From Azolla caroliniana (taxonomy: Eukaryota > Plantae > Polypodiophyta): 64,000 nt of DNA. Numbering within the stretch: position 1 is the first letter of the stretch; every line of letters begins with the position of its first letter. The notes beneath the pieces are model-generated. The model was not told the DNA's origin, did not search any database, and saw nothing but the letters and a program-made list of their open reading frames with translations. Location of the stretch: assembly GCA_043228905.1 (NCBI GenBank), contig JBHGNT010000006.1:1984001-2048000 (forward strand), in the 5' to 3' direction. A program made the position numbers and the translations under genes. Below, in pieces: positions 24,861 to 38,195 of the stretch.

Positions 24861-27800
24861 TGAGAGTACAAGGGAATCGGTTGGTATTTGTTTATCCAAC
24901 ACACATTTTGTATTTCTTATGATTTCATAATACCAAGGTGTATCTTTTTAGGAAGAAAATAGAAAGAAAGTGGGAGCACAAACTACACTACACCAAATTG
25001 TGATATGTTTTAGCATAGTTAGTCCTAAGTTTTGCGCCCATGTAATCCATACTAGGTGCGCAATGGTGGGATTGTTTTATGTCCTTAGGCCATGACTAAC
25101 TATGCCTTCATGATTATGTTTCTAATAAATAACTAACCATTCTATCTAAGTAAAAACCTTCTTAGTTATCGTGACTTTTTGTTATATGCTAATTATATGG
25201 ATCGTGTCCTTTTTAACTATGTCTACTAAGTCATAGGTCAATTATTTGTTAACCTTGTTAAGACGTATTGAGTCATGGGACGTCAATGTCAATGTGCTTT
25301 ATTTGTAGTTTAAGAGGTTTTTTTAATGTTTCCAATAGACAAATAGACCAATCATCTTGGAGGAGTAAAAACATTTCTCTACCAAAATGCAAGTGATTGA
25401 TCCTTATGATAAACTCAACTTTTTCTGACTCGGTGATGCACAAATATGTATTGCTCAATTCTTGTCTACCACAATTCATAACTAAAATTAACATGGATTG
25501 TTGAAACTCATACATCATTATCACCGTGATTTTCAGTTAAGTTCCTTGAAAATGCTACAAATATGGCAAAGCTCTAACTTGAGATTTACATCTAAGCTTA
25601 GTTGATGTTCTCTTCTTTTAATGTGACAATCTTGAACCACTTCTCCAATATATTTTGCACTAGGGTTTAACCACTCATAAATTGTTTCATGTTACGAACT
25701 TGCATGGTCCCACATGTACATTGAAAAAAAAAATGGCCCTTCTAATCTAAACTCAAACAAGGTTTTTAAGATTGATAACCTAGGCTTTTAGATCCTTATA
25801 CTTTAATAAAAGTAGCACCTTTACTACAAAGTCAATACAAATATTATTTAGATAAATACTATGCAATATTATTTGGTGGATTATAATCATAAGATGTTTA
25901 AGCCACGGAATCGTGTATGCATTATGTATTGAATCTTAACAAATACCTCAAACTGTTAAGATACAATATTCCGAGGTTTTACATGTACACTACAAGAATC
26001 GATTCGTAAGGTCCATGCAACTGGATATTATTTTCCATCTACTAGTACCATCACAAAATAATGTCAAACTTCAATATAAAAACATTGTTACATTTGAGAA
26101 TAACTCCTCACTTGGAGGTGCATTTAGTATTAGTGTGTGTGCGTCAAAGTTGTATTGCTTATCAATACCTCTAAATATTATACAAATCTTCATATTGGAC
26201 CATGAGAATTATGTCTGACTCATGAAAAGCTTATGCTTTAAATGTTACATGATATCATTTCAACAATTTTGTTTGTGAATTATCCTTCGCGTTAATTCAA
26301 ATTTATTATGTAAATGGATCTGAGTAACAATTCTTGAGAATTCCCTCAAGGGGTGCTATGATAACGATCCATAAAAATACATTACCTTATATTTAGTCAG
26401 ATACTATATCCAATACATGTTTGTTTATCAACATTGGATAATGCATTATCCACATCAATAATTTAAAACAAAAACAATGTCATTATTTCATTTCACATGC
26501 TATTAGCTAACATTTCAAGTTTCAACCATAGCATGTATAAGTTTTCAACCACAATGCACGTGTTTTGAAAAGTGTGATCATGTGTCTATGTGTTAATGAA
26601 GGCAATGTTGTCTTAATGGACTTATCATCATATGGTCCCATACAACGACTTTACAACTATAAAATACACTCGATGAATTATTTTTTGTGTGATCAAAACA
26701 AATATACTTAGCTTATAACATTATTAAAACTTCAACAACAAGAATCGATTCATATTTTCTTAAAATGAACTACGTGCATGTAATAAATACACATATATAT
26801 TATATGTTTGCTTTGAAATTTCGAGAATTCTAACCATATTTCATATATGCACAACATGCATAAACTTGTTGCACTATTATATTATGTTATGGGATTAAGA
26901 AGAAAGCAGTTTTTTAGAATCGATGCACAAAATGTGTATCTTTTAGAGTGAGGGAACAAGATACAATGACGTGAAGATGATGTTTTTGGACTTACTTCAT
27001 CGTACTTTCCATGTAGATAGAGTTATTGAGTTCGCAAAGGTTTCAAGTGAATAATTGGGAAGATCATGAGATTGTAGTTCTTCAAACACTATAAGACCCC
27101 GATTGGTTTGAAAAGGGCTATCTCATATATTTAATCACTTGCAATTTCATCCATCACAACATGTGTGTGGTACATACAACGCCACTTGGATACTATGCCT
27201 ATTGCCGAGTTGTGGGAGATTGATTTGATATGAAGCCAAAATTACAATTAAATCATTGTATCTACCTTGATATATCCCTACACCATGGGTCCAAACGTTG
27301 GAACAATGGGCTCAGAGATTTCAAAGATTGGCAATTACAATAAGTTGATCGAGAATCGTGAATATTGTGACCATATTTAATAGAATGAATATTAATCAAT
27401 TTAAGCTTGCAATTTTATTTTATTTTATTTTCAAAAATATACGCCTTGGTATTATAAAATCATAAGAACTACAAAAGTTGTGTTGGATAAACAAATATAC
27501 CAATTGATTCGCTTGTACTCTCATCATGGCCAAATTGATGAGTATATACAATAACCACACATAGTTTTTTGTACATTCCTTGCTTTCTCCAATCCGTGAG
27601 CTTGGGTTCATGACCCTTGATTTGTGAAGTCAAGTTTCCCGAGATGTTTGCATTATGGGCAAAAATTTCCTTGTATGCTCATCAACATCCATGATATATT
27701 CATGTTCATAGGTTTGCAATTTCAGGTTCCCTTATATACAACCACCACCGATATAGAAATCCTTGTTAATCTCATTAGTAAAAGCATCCATGACATGTTC

Positions 27801-27984
27801 ATTGATATAGATATCAATGGTATGTTCATGTTTATGAGTTGTCAGAACCCACCAAATTCATCAATTCATCCATGATCATTATATGCAACCATAGTATGCT
27901 CATTAACATAAACATCCATGGCATATTCATATTCTTGTTTTCGCCAAGAATAATGTTTTATTCAAATCATGTTACTAGCACTTC

Positions 27985-28450
27985 CAAATATATCAACCAT
28001 GAGAACATATGACACCATACCATTATTATCTAGTTGTATTGCAAAGATAATCTCCAAAGCTTCTCATTTCTCCATTTCCTAGAAGCACCCAATAGTGAAA
28101 TCCATATGACTAAATACTAAAAAAATGGCATTACCTTGATCACTGAAATAGCCTTATCATATATTACCCCCCACATCCAAATACTACAACCAAGCAATTA
28201 AGATGCTCTAAGTTTGGAGAAGTACAATATTTTGTGGTCATAATCTGAAAAGGCATTTTGGCATCGTTTACGAGCCCAATGTGACCACATGCACTCATCA
28301 CACATACTAATATTACGTTGTCAGGAGATATGCTCTCCACTTTCCCCATGTTTGAGACACTTTAGGGCTTCATGTGCTTGTCCTTGTTGAGCATAGCCAG
28401 CAATAAGGGCTGACCAAGCCAACATATCTCGAAGATGAAGCTCCTCCAAC
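27985..28450 (-). pseudogene. PLS/E-class PPR pseudogene fragment
   Basis: LEELHLRDMLAWSALIAGYAQQG, then frameshift, VCVMSACGHIGLV...PNLEHLNCLVVVFG, and an E-domain-like YVLMVDIF. Confidence 0.8.
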
Positions 28451-30734
28451 ATATAAGATTGCATATTGGTTCCATGGGTTTAGTTTAGGTTGTGCATTCC
28501 AAAATACATAGGTAGGTTGAAATATTGTCTTCCAACACTAAGATATTAAATAAATGGCTTAAAATGTTTGTAGGGTTTGGAGACTTGCAGATATTCTAAA
28601 ATCAAAGAATATAAACTTGAGCACAAGATAAATCAAAGACAACATCCTTAACAATTTCATGCATATATTTTGTGCAATGGCTTATTTGTGACACTTCATT
28701 TAACTTAAAAGAATTTACATTTGGGCTAACTAAGCCATCAACCTCCATGTCAATTAAGTTGGATCAAGATCATCGAGTCAAATGGACATTTGTAGTCATC
28801 CAGTGGGATATATTTGTTAGGGGGGGTTCTTTTCATCACCCCATGCTTGCCTCATGTTAGTCTACACTACAAGTCAATTGGTGTGAGAACATAAAACAAG
28901 GGCCAATTTAATGTGAGGGTGACCCATTTTTGTTTGAGGTTGAATCAATGTTCATATCTCCTTCAAATGATGTGTAATTATCCTCATCTACAATGTGGGA
29001 AGCGCTTCATTTGCACAACATTTGGGTCACCATTCTAAATAATTAAAGCGAAATATTTAGAAAAGGCCCATTTTGATTAAATTAATAGATGTTGAGAAAG
29101 TATTATAGCTACAAATTCATGACCTTGTTGCAAGATTCAGCCCTCGAGAGTCGAGGTACTACATTTTTATCATAATAATATCAATAATAATCATTCATCT
29201 ACTTCTTAATCAATTTCATCTAATAATATACATATCCCTATTTAATGATTATTAGGTTAAAAAGGGTTATGTCCCTCTTATCCGATGTTACACATGAGAA
29301 CTAGGGAGGGTCTTTACATGTCTCATGATGACTATGTTCTTATAGGTTGTATGTAGGATAGTTCTTTATGTATGTAGGTGGGTGAGGTTTCCAAGTGTTG
29401 CTGAATTTTATAGTGAGTGAGTTTGGCATTAATACACTATTGGAAAAGCGAACCAAAATATCATTGTAATTTGTGACCCTTGTTCAAGTGGTTCATCCCT
29501 TCAAAATTTGTCGACAAATTGAAAAACAAATTCAATATAAAGGTTGCCCAAGATCATCAAAACAAGTCCCCATGACATTCATAAATGGTTTGCCAATGTA
29601 TGGATATTGCTCAAGATTTATGTGCACGTGCGGATACATGAATATAAGGAAACTGGACAACTTGCAAGGTATGATTTTGTCAAGAGATACTTTTAGAGAT
29701 GACTATAATCATGATATTGGGATCTTTGATAATTGTAGACATGATCCCAATATCTAGTGGACGATTACGCTTTTCCTCTAAAAGTTCTAATGGTGGGGTC
29801 TTTCTTATCATTATCACAACTTAAACGCCTTATCATAACAACAACATGAACTTGCAATGTAGTACCTTTTGGCCACTTTTGGTGGAATACACCTTATTAC
29901 TAAAGTGCACAACAAACTGGGAAGAGTTATATGTGTTTTGTTTGGAGAAATATAGACATGATTCCATATCCAAATATTCCATTAAAATAGGAAAGATAAG
30001 GAGGAGGCATTTGAAAAATCTAAAAGTATGAAAAGGTGAGGGCAATAATTCACATGACCAGATTTACTCCCAAACAAGGGTAAGAAAAACACCATGAATA
30101 TATTATTAGAGTTTTGTTATGAAAACAAATTGGATAGTTCGAGCACACTAAGCGTCTGAAATCACGACCACGACGGGCTGAAAAATGAGGTCAAACAACT
30201 TTGCATTGTGATATTAATGCCTCCTAACCCCTGATTGAAGAAAAAACAAATCAATTCCACGCGTAACATCAGACCATTAAAGTCAACAAAATAATCTTGT
30301 TTTACAAATTTTTCGAATAATTATGGCTACGTATTTACTATTGCCAAAAGCCTCTACCACATTATTTGTATCCTTATTCTAAATAAGAATAACAAGTTTG
30401 ATCATAGAGTATTTCATATTATATGCCCCTACTCACATAATCTAGGCGAAACATTAGTTGACTTACTTGACAAAGGTTATATGTGTTGGTTAGTAGCCTC
30501 AACATTCATGGCTACAAGTTTATAGTAAAGTGACACTATCATAGTTACCCCTCCCCCCTCTTTTTTGTATGCTACGGTACCTCGATGTCTGGATCTCATT
30601 AAAGCATAATGAGATATGTACATGTCTTAGTCTATTTTCTAAAAAAAAACTATTTACGAAATTTAGGATTTGTAATAGGAACATTTTATATAAATTAACA
30701 GGTGGGAGAATAATAAAGACAAAAAGGCAACTTG

Positions 30735-31030
30735 TTAACTTAGAAGTGCATGTGGATAATCCTTCCGTAATCCAAACATACGAACCACGTGGGTTCAGAC
30801 ATATGTTGATTTCTTGTTTAAGGAAATAAAGAGTCTCATAGATAAATGCAAAAAACACTTTAATAAACAATCATTTTTGAAGAACTATAAAGAGAAATGT
30901 TATTGAGTTAACTACCAAGTGCATGTGGACAACCTTTTGCTAAACCAAACATACAATACATGTGGGTCCAAACATTTTTTGATTTCTTGATTGATCAAAG
31001 AAAGAATCTTATTGATAAATGCAAATTACA
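30735..31030. repeat. Diverged duplication, period ~175 bp
   Basis: AAGTGCATGTGGA...CCAAACATAC...GATTTCTTG...GATAAATGCAAA near 30744-30853 and 30917-31025. Confidence 0.6.
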
Positions 31031-31933
31031 TCAATGCTATCTTTTCAGTTTTTCATGTCAAACATTGATGTACAAATGCGGCCATGTAGACAAAACACAA
31101 AGTCAATGGATGAACGCTACAAGAGGTTCTCTCACAATGTCAACTAGCGATAATACTAGCAAAAATAATTTCCCAGGCATGTTTTTTATTTGTCGTTGTT
31201 TGAACCAGGACTCCAATAACTCACACATCATACATGACAAGATTAAATCTCTATAAAGTTGCTCTCCAAATGACCCTTTCTTTTTGCCAAGGTCAATAGG
31301 TAAAGGCCAAAAAGAAAGACTTCTAGTTGTCAACTCGTTTGTTTAAACGTCCCAATAAAGCAAAATAATTTCTTATGCCCGAATGTTTACATTTATTTCT
31401 TGCCTAAGGTCATTGATGCCAAGATTTTACATCATAAACGTGGAGGTATTTTTTATTGTATGATGTACCTAGCTACTGATACACAACTAGTCAGAAGTCT
31501 TAATCAAGGCTACGTATAGATCTTATCTTGGGTATGGACAAAAACCAATGTATATGTGTTAAGATTTTGAGCTTATACCAGTTAATGCACAAGTTTCCAC
31601 TTGAATTATTAGATACATGATGGGGCATCACAATCATATACATGTTGCTTTGACATATTTGCTCATCACTTTTTGTCGATAGACAAAATATCGATTGTTA
31701 CATTCAGTATTCGATTATATTTTATCATAATAGAAAGCAATATGTCATTCTGGCCATAATTATTATGTATGCATACAACATCTGGTAATATTATTGTAAA
31801 CAATGTTAGCAACGTAATAGAGCTTCCATTAAAGCTTCAATATGTGTATATCTTTGCTTATCTTTTTGTGCTTCTTTTTGAGTATGAACTGAGACAGATC
31901 CTCATACATTTCCGCATACACTTACGCTTCAAC

Positions 31934-31945
31934 TGGTATCAGAGC
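31934..31945 (+). other. Primer-binding site (tRNA-iMet)
   Basis: TGGTATCAGAGC 2 nt after the LTR end ...CTTCA. Confidence 0.9.
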
Positions 31946-33844
31946 GATCCGCTGCTTGACGGCAACAGACAACATAAAAGGTTGAAAGAAAAGACTAGGT
32001 TAGTAAATCTCACCTCCGAAAGAATCATGGCATCAACATCCGGTACAAGAGTTGAGATCCGAAAATTCGACAACAAAAACTTTGCCCTATGGAAGGAGAT
32101 GATGCATGACGTACTGATTATTCGAAGACAGGTCGAGGCCATTCGACACTCCGAAAAGCTTGCTTCAATGTCAGCCGATGAGTGGAGATCAATGGATGAA
32201 ATCACACGCTCCATCATCCGAATGCACCAAGCCGAAAACGTCTACTTCAACATGGCAAAAGAGACGACAATGTATGTTCTCACTATGGGAGAAATTACAA
32301 GCCATGTACGAGAAAAAGTCCTCATTGTCAAAACTTATTTTGATCAAACAATTGTTCAACATGAAGATGAGAGAGACCGATCCGACTACCTCCCACAACA
32401 ACACCTCTAGTCGGATGTTGTTAGAACTCTCCTCACAAGGGATCAACTTTGAAGAAGAAGTGAAAGTCCTTGCCCTCCTATCGAGCTTGCCAACGAGTTA
32501 GGAGGTATTCTGCATGACATACGCCAATAGTCGACCGATCCTAAATTTGGATGAGACGATTGGCCAAGTCCTCACCGAGGACATTCGGTGAAAATCGATG
32601 GGACTTGCCATCGATGAATCGGCATAAGCCCATCACTCGACTGAGTCGTTCGACCGACATAGTTGTATGAGAGAACAAGCTGACAAAACCAGTCAGAATA
32701 TCAACCAATCAAATACGAGGGGAGACCGACAACGGTTGAAGTCAAGAACGGGCAGATCAGGCGAATTTTGCACACACTGCAGAAAAGTTTGCCACAATGT
32801 TTCTGATTGCTGGTCAATCAAGAGGAAAGAGAGTGGTCGGCAATCCAAGAGGAATCAAGGACAACCCGACTTGGACCACTCTCCAGTTGGCAACCAAATC
32901 AACGTTATCAACTCCCAATTAGGAGAAGTTCTCTCCTTAGAGGATTCAGTGATCAGAGAAGTCCTCTACAGTGCAAAGGATGCTGCACACATGTGGCTAC
33001 TGGATTTCGGTGCTACATTCCACGTGACCCCCAACATTGAATGGTTTTCGAACTATTCAGCCGACGCAAGTGGCATAGTCCGACTAGGCAATGGGCAGGA
33101 GTGCCGAATCGCAAGGACTGGAGAGGTACCCATTTGATTGTCAAATGGCAACACAATAACCCTACACCGAGTTCAACATGTACCTGATCTAAACAAGAAT
33201 TTGGTCTCCATCGGCATGCTAGCTGAGGACGGGTACAAAACGACTCTAAGTGAGTCAGTATGGATGATCAACAGAAGAAACCTGAAGATAGGAGGTGGGC
33301 ACAAGTACAACAACCTGTACCCGCTAATGACGATCAATCCAGAAGGGTCGTGAACGTAGCCGAAAAGATTGACCCAAACCTATTGCATTACCGACTTGGC
33401 CATATGTCTCAATCCAGATTCGATCGACTTATGATGGTTGGCTACATCCCGAAACCCCAAGCAAAGTCAGACTTCTGTGAACATTGTCGATATGGGAAAC
33501 AGACCCGAAGTCCGTATTCTCTCCACTACGAGACAATACAACAACCCCTAGAGCTCGTGCACACAGACATATGTGGGCCCATGCCAGAGCTATCATTAGG
33601 AGGCTTCTGGTACTTCATCACATTCGTAGATGACTCCATCAAGTCCAAAGATGAAGCGCTCGAGGTCTTCACTCGATGGACATCTGAAGTGGAGAACCGG
33701 TCGGGATACAGAGCGAAGACACTTGGATCCAACAACGGAGGTGAGTACACCTCCAGAGCCATCAAACAGTACTTGTCTGACAAAGGGATCCGACACCAAA
33801 AGAATGTTCCCTACACACCCATGCAAAATGGAGTGGCAGAACGG

Positions 33845-34579
33845 TGTTGCGGAATTCTACAGGTATGTGTAGGATGTTAGGTGGGACCGCGGGGGTCTTG
33901 GACTACGGAGTAGAGGGGGAATGGGAGCTTAACCTTTACGGCCTTTGAGCTCAAGAGGAAAGGAGAAAGAATAAGAGGTTAGCATGGTAGAGAAAATAGA
34001 GACAAGACAAATCAACAAACTATATTAAGAATCCACTAAAAAATTACAACCATGGTCGTGTAGGCCAAATCAAAACCCTAGAAGAAACCCTAACCGGATA
34101 GGTAAAGAAGAAGAATAATAAAACCCTACGCGAAACCCTAAACCGAAACCCTCAAAATGGTGACTCCCCAAAGAAAACCAAAAAAAAGTGGAAGCCCGTC
34201 AAAAGTGACCCCTCACTCCCTTTATAGTAGTAAGGGGTGAGGCACATTACATAAAGAGGAGTCAATTCCCCTTTCCTTTAATGAGGCATATATCCCGTGA
34301 TCTTAAATCGGTGGGCCTTTAACTCTCTCCCTCCATGCTTTCAATGCCCCTGCCCATCATATTTGTACCCCCACGTACTCCCCTTTTCTACGTGCCCATG
34401 TGCACACAAGTCCACATCATCATATTTACACTCAACGAATTTTCGTAGAACACCTTACACTTTACATTTGCTTATTTACTCCTAGGTTACGAATTTAATA
34501 AGTATATGTGCTACGTTGCACATCTCGTATTATTCGTTCCGCTCAGGTTTTCCCACCATGGCCGAATATCCTCACGACA
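33845..34579 (-). mobile_element. Nested 735-bp TGT...ACA element (solo LTR most likely), 4-bp TSD ACGG/ACAG
   Basis: Ends TGTTGCGG...TCACGACA. Removing it plus one TSD copy restores integrase GVAER-INRTIQER. Minus-strand CTATAAA at 34221-34227; several AAACCCTA telo-boxes at 34073-34152. Confidence 0.85.
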
Positions 34580-36399
34580 ACAGATCAACAGAACGATCCA
34601 AGAGAGGGTGACGGCAAAGCCCCAGCAAGCCGGACTAAAGCTGGAATTATGGGCCGAGGCATTGCAAACGGTAGTATACCTGATAAATCTGGCGCTGTCA
34701 AGAGAAATCAGGCTCGAAGTGCCCCAAGCACTATGGTCTGGCAAACAACCTACGCGTTCATCCCCAGGGGAAAAGGACCAAGTCGGTACCCCATGCAACG
34801 AAATGCATATTTCTCGGTTATGGAACCGATGGGGAATTTGGCTACAGGCTATGGGACCCTAAGAACCGGAGACTGATCCGGAGCAGTGACATAGTCTTCA
34901 ATGAAAACTCTATCTTCTCTTGGCGGAACCAACAGAAAATAGTTGGTAAAAAGGTATCCTTCAATGACGACAAAGACGTCATAGAAGGACCGACCCATCG
35001 GGCCGACTTAGAGATTTGACAAACAGTCGAACTTGACCAAGCTGATAACATACCTGCCAACTTTGAATCGGTAGGAAGTTCACTAATCGAACTCGAAGAC
35101 AAAGCCATCAACAACAGAGCCGATTCGACAAGAGTCAAAGCAGGCAAAGTCAACAAGATGCAAGTAGGAAACAGAACCGAGTCGACAACTTCCATAAGGG
35201 AGGACAACGTGACACCACCGAAATCCCGACCTGGGGGAGGGTCACCTAACAAGACTCCTGACACAAATGGTTCAACAAATACTGATCGACCAACCGAATC
35301 GATCGAAGAATCCAAAACACTTATCTCGGCACCCAAGAGATCTGGACGAGCTCGAAGGCCAACCGAGTTTTTTTTACCCTAGGCGTTGACTACGTCAGCT
35401 ACACTAATGCAAGCGAACCAAACACTTATGAGGAAGTTATGGCCGCAATGGACGCCAAAACATGGCTACAAGCCATGAAATCCAAAATGGACTCGATTCA
35501 CAAGAATCAGACATGGGAAATACTAGCTGGAAGGAAGCCACTACCTTGCAAATGGGTTTTTCGATACAAATATGTATCTGACTCAAAGAAACCCAAGTAC
35601 AAAGCTCGGCTTGTCACGAAAGGTTTCAAACAAGAACACGGGGTCAACTACGACGAATATTCTCACCAGTAGTCAAGATGACCACCTTCTGACTCCTACT
35701 AGGAGTTGTAGCGACAGAACACATGGAGCTCGAGCAAATGGATGTAAAGACGACGTTCCTACATGGAGATCTGGAAGAAGACATCTATATGTCTCAACCG
35801 GCAGGCTTCACAATGACGGGGGAGGAAAATCACCTCGTATGTCGACTGAAGAAAAGCCTTGATGGATTGAAACAAGCGCCGAGTATGTGGTATCAGAAGT
35901 TTGACTCCTACATCAGGCAACTTGGATACCACCGATCCAACTCGGACCCATACATGTATATTCGGCAACTGGCCGATGAGTCTAGGATTTATTTGATCCT
36001 ATATGTCGACGAAATGTTGATTGCAAGAAGCAATCAAGTAGAGATTGGAAAGTTGAAGCGGAGCCTTCACGACAAGTTCGCGGGCATGAGGATCGACCGA
36101 ACTCGGACGACCAAGACTCTCTGACTCTCCCAATACGACTATATCCGGAAGGTGTTGAGGCGCTTCAACATGCACAATGTGAAGCCAAGACCAAGACCGC
36201 TTCCGACGTCAATCCGACTATCGGACAAAGACTCTCCTTCAACGTACAAGGAGAGAGAGCTTAATGGGAAGATGCCCTACCCATCGGCCGTAGGAAGTAT
36301 CATGTACGCAATGGTGGCGACCTGACCCAACCTAGCCTATGACGTAGGAGTGGTCAGCCGGTACATGTCAAATCCAGGACGGAAGCATTGGGAGGCCGT

Positions 36400-38195
36400 T
36401 GTCGTGAAAATCCATCACTATGTGCGGATCGTGAGGTGGAACTGTCGGGGTTATGGACAGGAAGGAAATAGGGCTCACACGCACAACACAAGGAAGTTTT
36501 ACACAAACAAGTCACAAGTATTTGAACGCGTTTGTGAAAAGGAGAGGTGCATGGGCAAGCCCAAATAAACCGCTAGTCACAAGGCGAACGAATGCACGCG
36601 AGAAAGGCTTACACACGAACACACAAGGAAAAGGCTTACTTACACACACGAGAGACAAGGTTTCGAACGCATTTGTGAAAAGGAGAGGTGCATGGGCAAA
36701 CCCGAATCAACCCCTAGTCACAAGGCGAACAATTCATGTGAGAAAGGCTTACACATGGACACACAAGGAAAAGGCTTACTTACACACACAAGAAACAAAG
36801 TTTCAAATGCCTTTGTGAAACGAGAGGTGCATGGGCAAGCCCGAACGCTCCCTTGTTACAAGACACGCGAACACACAAGCAAGGTTTACACATGGGAGAC
36901 ACAATTTTGAATGCCTTTGTGAAAGGAGAGGTGCATGGGCAAGCCCGAACGCTCCCTTGTTACAAGACACGCGAACACACAAGCAAGGTTTACACATGGG
37001 AGACACAATTTTGAATGCCTTTGTGAAAGGAGAGGTGCATGGGCAAGCCCGAACGCTCCCTTGCCACAAGTCACACGATCACACAAGCAAGATTTACACT
37101 AACACGAAAGACACGAAAGTTTGAATGCCTTTGTGAAAGGAGAGGTGCATGGGCAAGCTCGAAACGCTCCCTTGTCACAAGACACACAAACAGATAAGCA
37201 CAAATGACAATAACATATAAGACACGTAAGTTTGAATGCCTTTGTGAAAGGAGAGGTGCATGGGCAAGCCCGAAACACTCCCTTGTCACTAGACACACAA
37301 ACAAAAAACCCCAAATGATGATAACATATAAGATACGTAAGTTTGAATGCCTTTGTGAAAGGAGAGGTGCATGGGTAAGCCCGAAATGCTCCCTTGTCAC
37401 AAGACATACAAACAAATAAGCACAAATGACAATAACATATAAGACACGTAGGTGAACCCAAACATTAGTTTATTACAATATAATAGATTCTTTTATAAAA
37501 TAAGAATCAATTTTACAATGGGTTTGATATGAATATGAGAGATAATTTATAAAGGAAGGGGGAAGAGAGGTGAAGGAAAGAAGAGAGTGGAATATAGAAG
37601 AAGGTGATTCTTTGTTGATGATGCCTCTCGATGTTGTTGATCCTTCTTCTTTTGCCTTCCAATTGAGTAGAGCGTCCGCGTTCCTTCTCCCTCCCCCCCT
37701 TCTTCACTAGAATAGGCTCTTATTGATAGGTTTAGGATTGCTTGCCTTTTTCCCCTAAAAAAATGCTTGTCTATATGAGTTGAATTTTCTTTTCCTCACT
37801 ATTTCTGTTTTCTAGCCCCAAATTTCACATGCAAGATATTCTTAGAAAGCTCTTTGGGTTAGCTTTCTTATGCATCTTTTCTTTTCTAATTTGGAGATCT
37901 AACGAGAAAAGTATATGAGTTTTTTTCTCTATTGTGCTCCTCATATCCATGCGTGTTTTTTTTTTTCTCCCCATCTTTTTCTCTACTTTTGAAAACCGCC
38001 TCTAACTTAATATTCATCATTATTTATTGTAAGGTTCAATCCTTTGACCTTTTATTTATAAGGAATTATCTTTCGCAAAATGAAAAAGTATTTTTTGCTA
38101 CAATAAAGTTGACTTCACAATACTAGTTTATTTAAACTACTATTTTGCTTCTTTTCGAGGGTGGTTTTACACTATGTGTTAGAAACGTCATGACA
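36400..38195 (-). mobile_element. Nested 1796-bp TGT...ACA element (solo LTR most likely), perfect 4-bp TSD CCGT
   Basis: Ends TGTCGTGA...TCATGACA; CCGT at 36396-36399 and 38196-38199. Removal restores HWEAV-KHIFRYLRGT. Minus-strand TATAAA near 37546-37551 and AATAAA at 37469-37474. Confidence 0.88.
36515..37451 (-). repeat. Array of 8 conserved hairpin cores with variable spacers
   Basis: (G/C)GAGAGGTGCATGGG cores at 36541, 36682, 36821, 36925, 37029, 37139, 37250, 37361; periods 141, 139, 104, 104, 110, 111, 111. Confidence 0.92.

Noticed and set aside
25988-25998. CACTACAAGAA CACTA terminus (also CACTACAAG at 28865 and TGTGTAGTG near 21519)
   Set aside because: No matching opposite end with a 3-bp TSD and no transposase found.
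29200-29245. Minus-strand ILLDEID Walker-B-like peptide
   Set aside because: No surrounding ORF or Walker A motif.
31799-31810. TGTTAG at 31804 as the true 5' LTR start with a TSD
   Set aside because: Flanks AACAA versus GGAAA do not match; the 5' LTR is treated as truncated.
37120-37150. Resemblance of CUCUCCUUUCACAAAGGCAUUCAA to miR477
   Set aside because: Needs about 4 gaps against the sequence as I recall it; likely coincidence.
36515-37451. CRISPR array
   Set aside because: Eukaryotic TE context, no cas genes, and spacers are related to each other (adjacent ones near-identical).
36515-37451. Hammerhead ribozyme/retrozyme
   Set aside because: A stem followed by GAAAC is present, but no CUGANGA core on either strand.
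36350-37461. ORFs with repeated KRRGAWASP-like peptides
   Set aside because: By-products of the DNA repeat; most unit lengths break frame.
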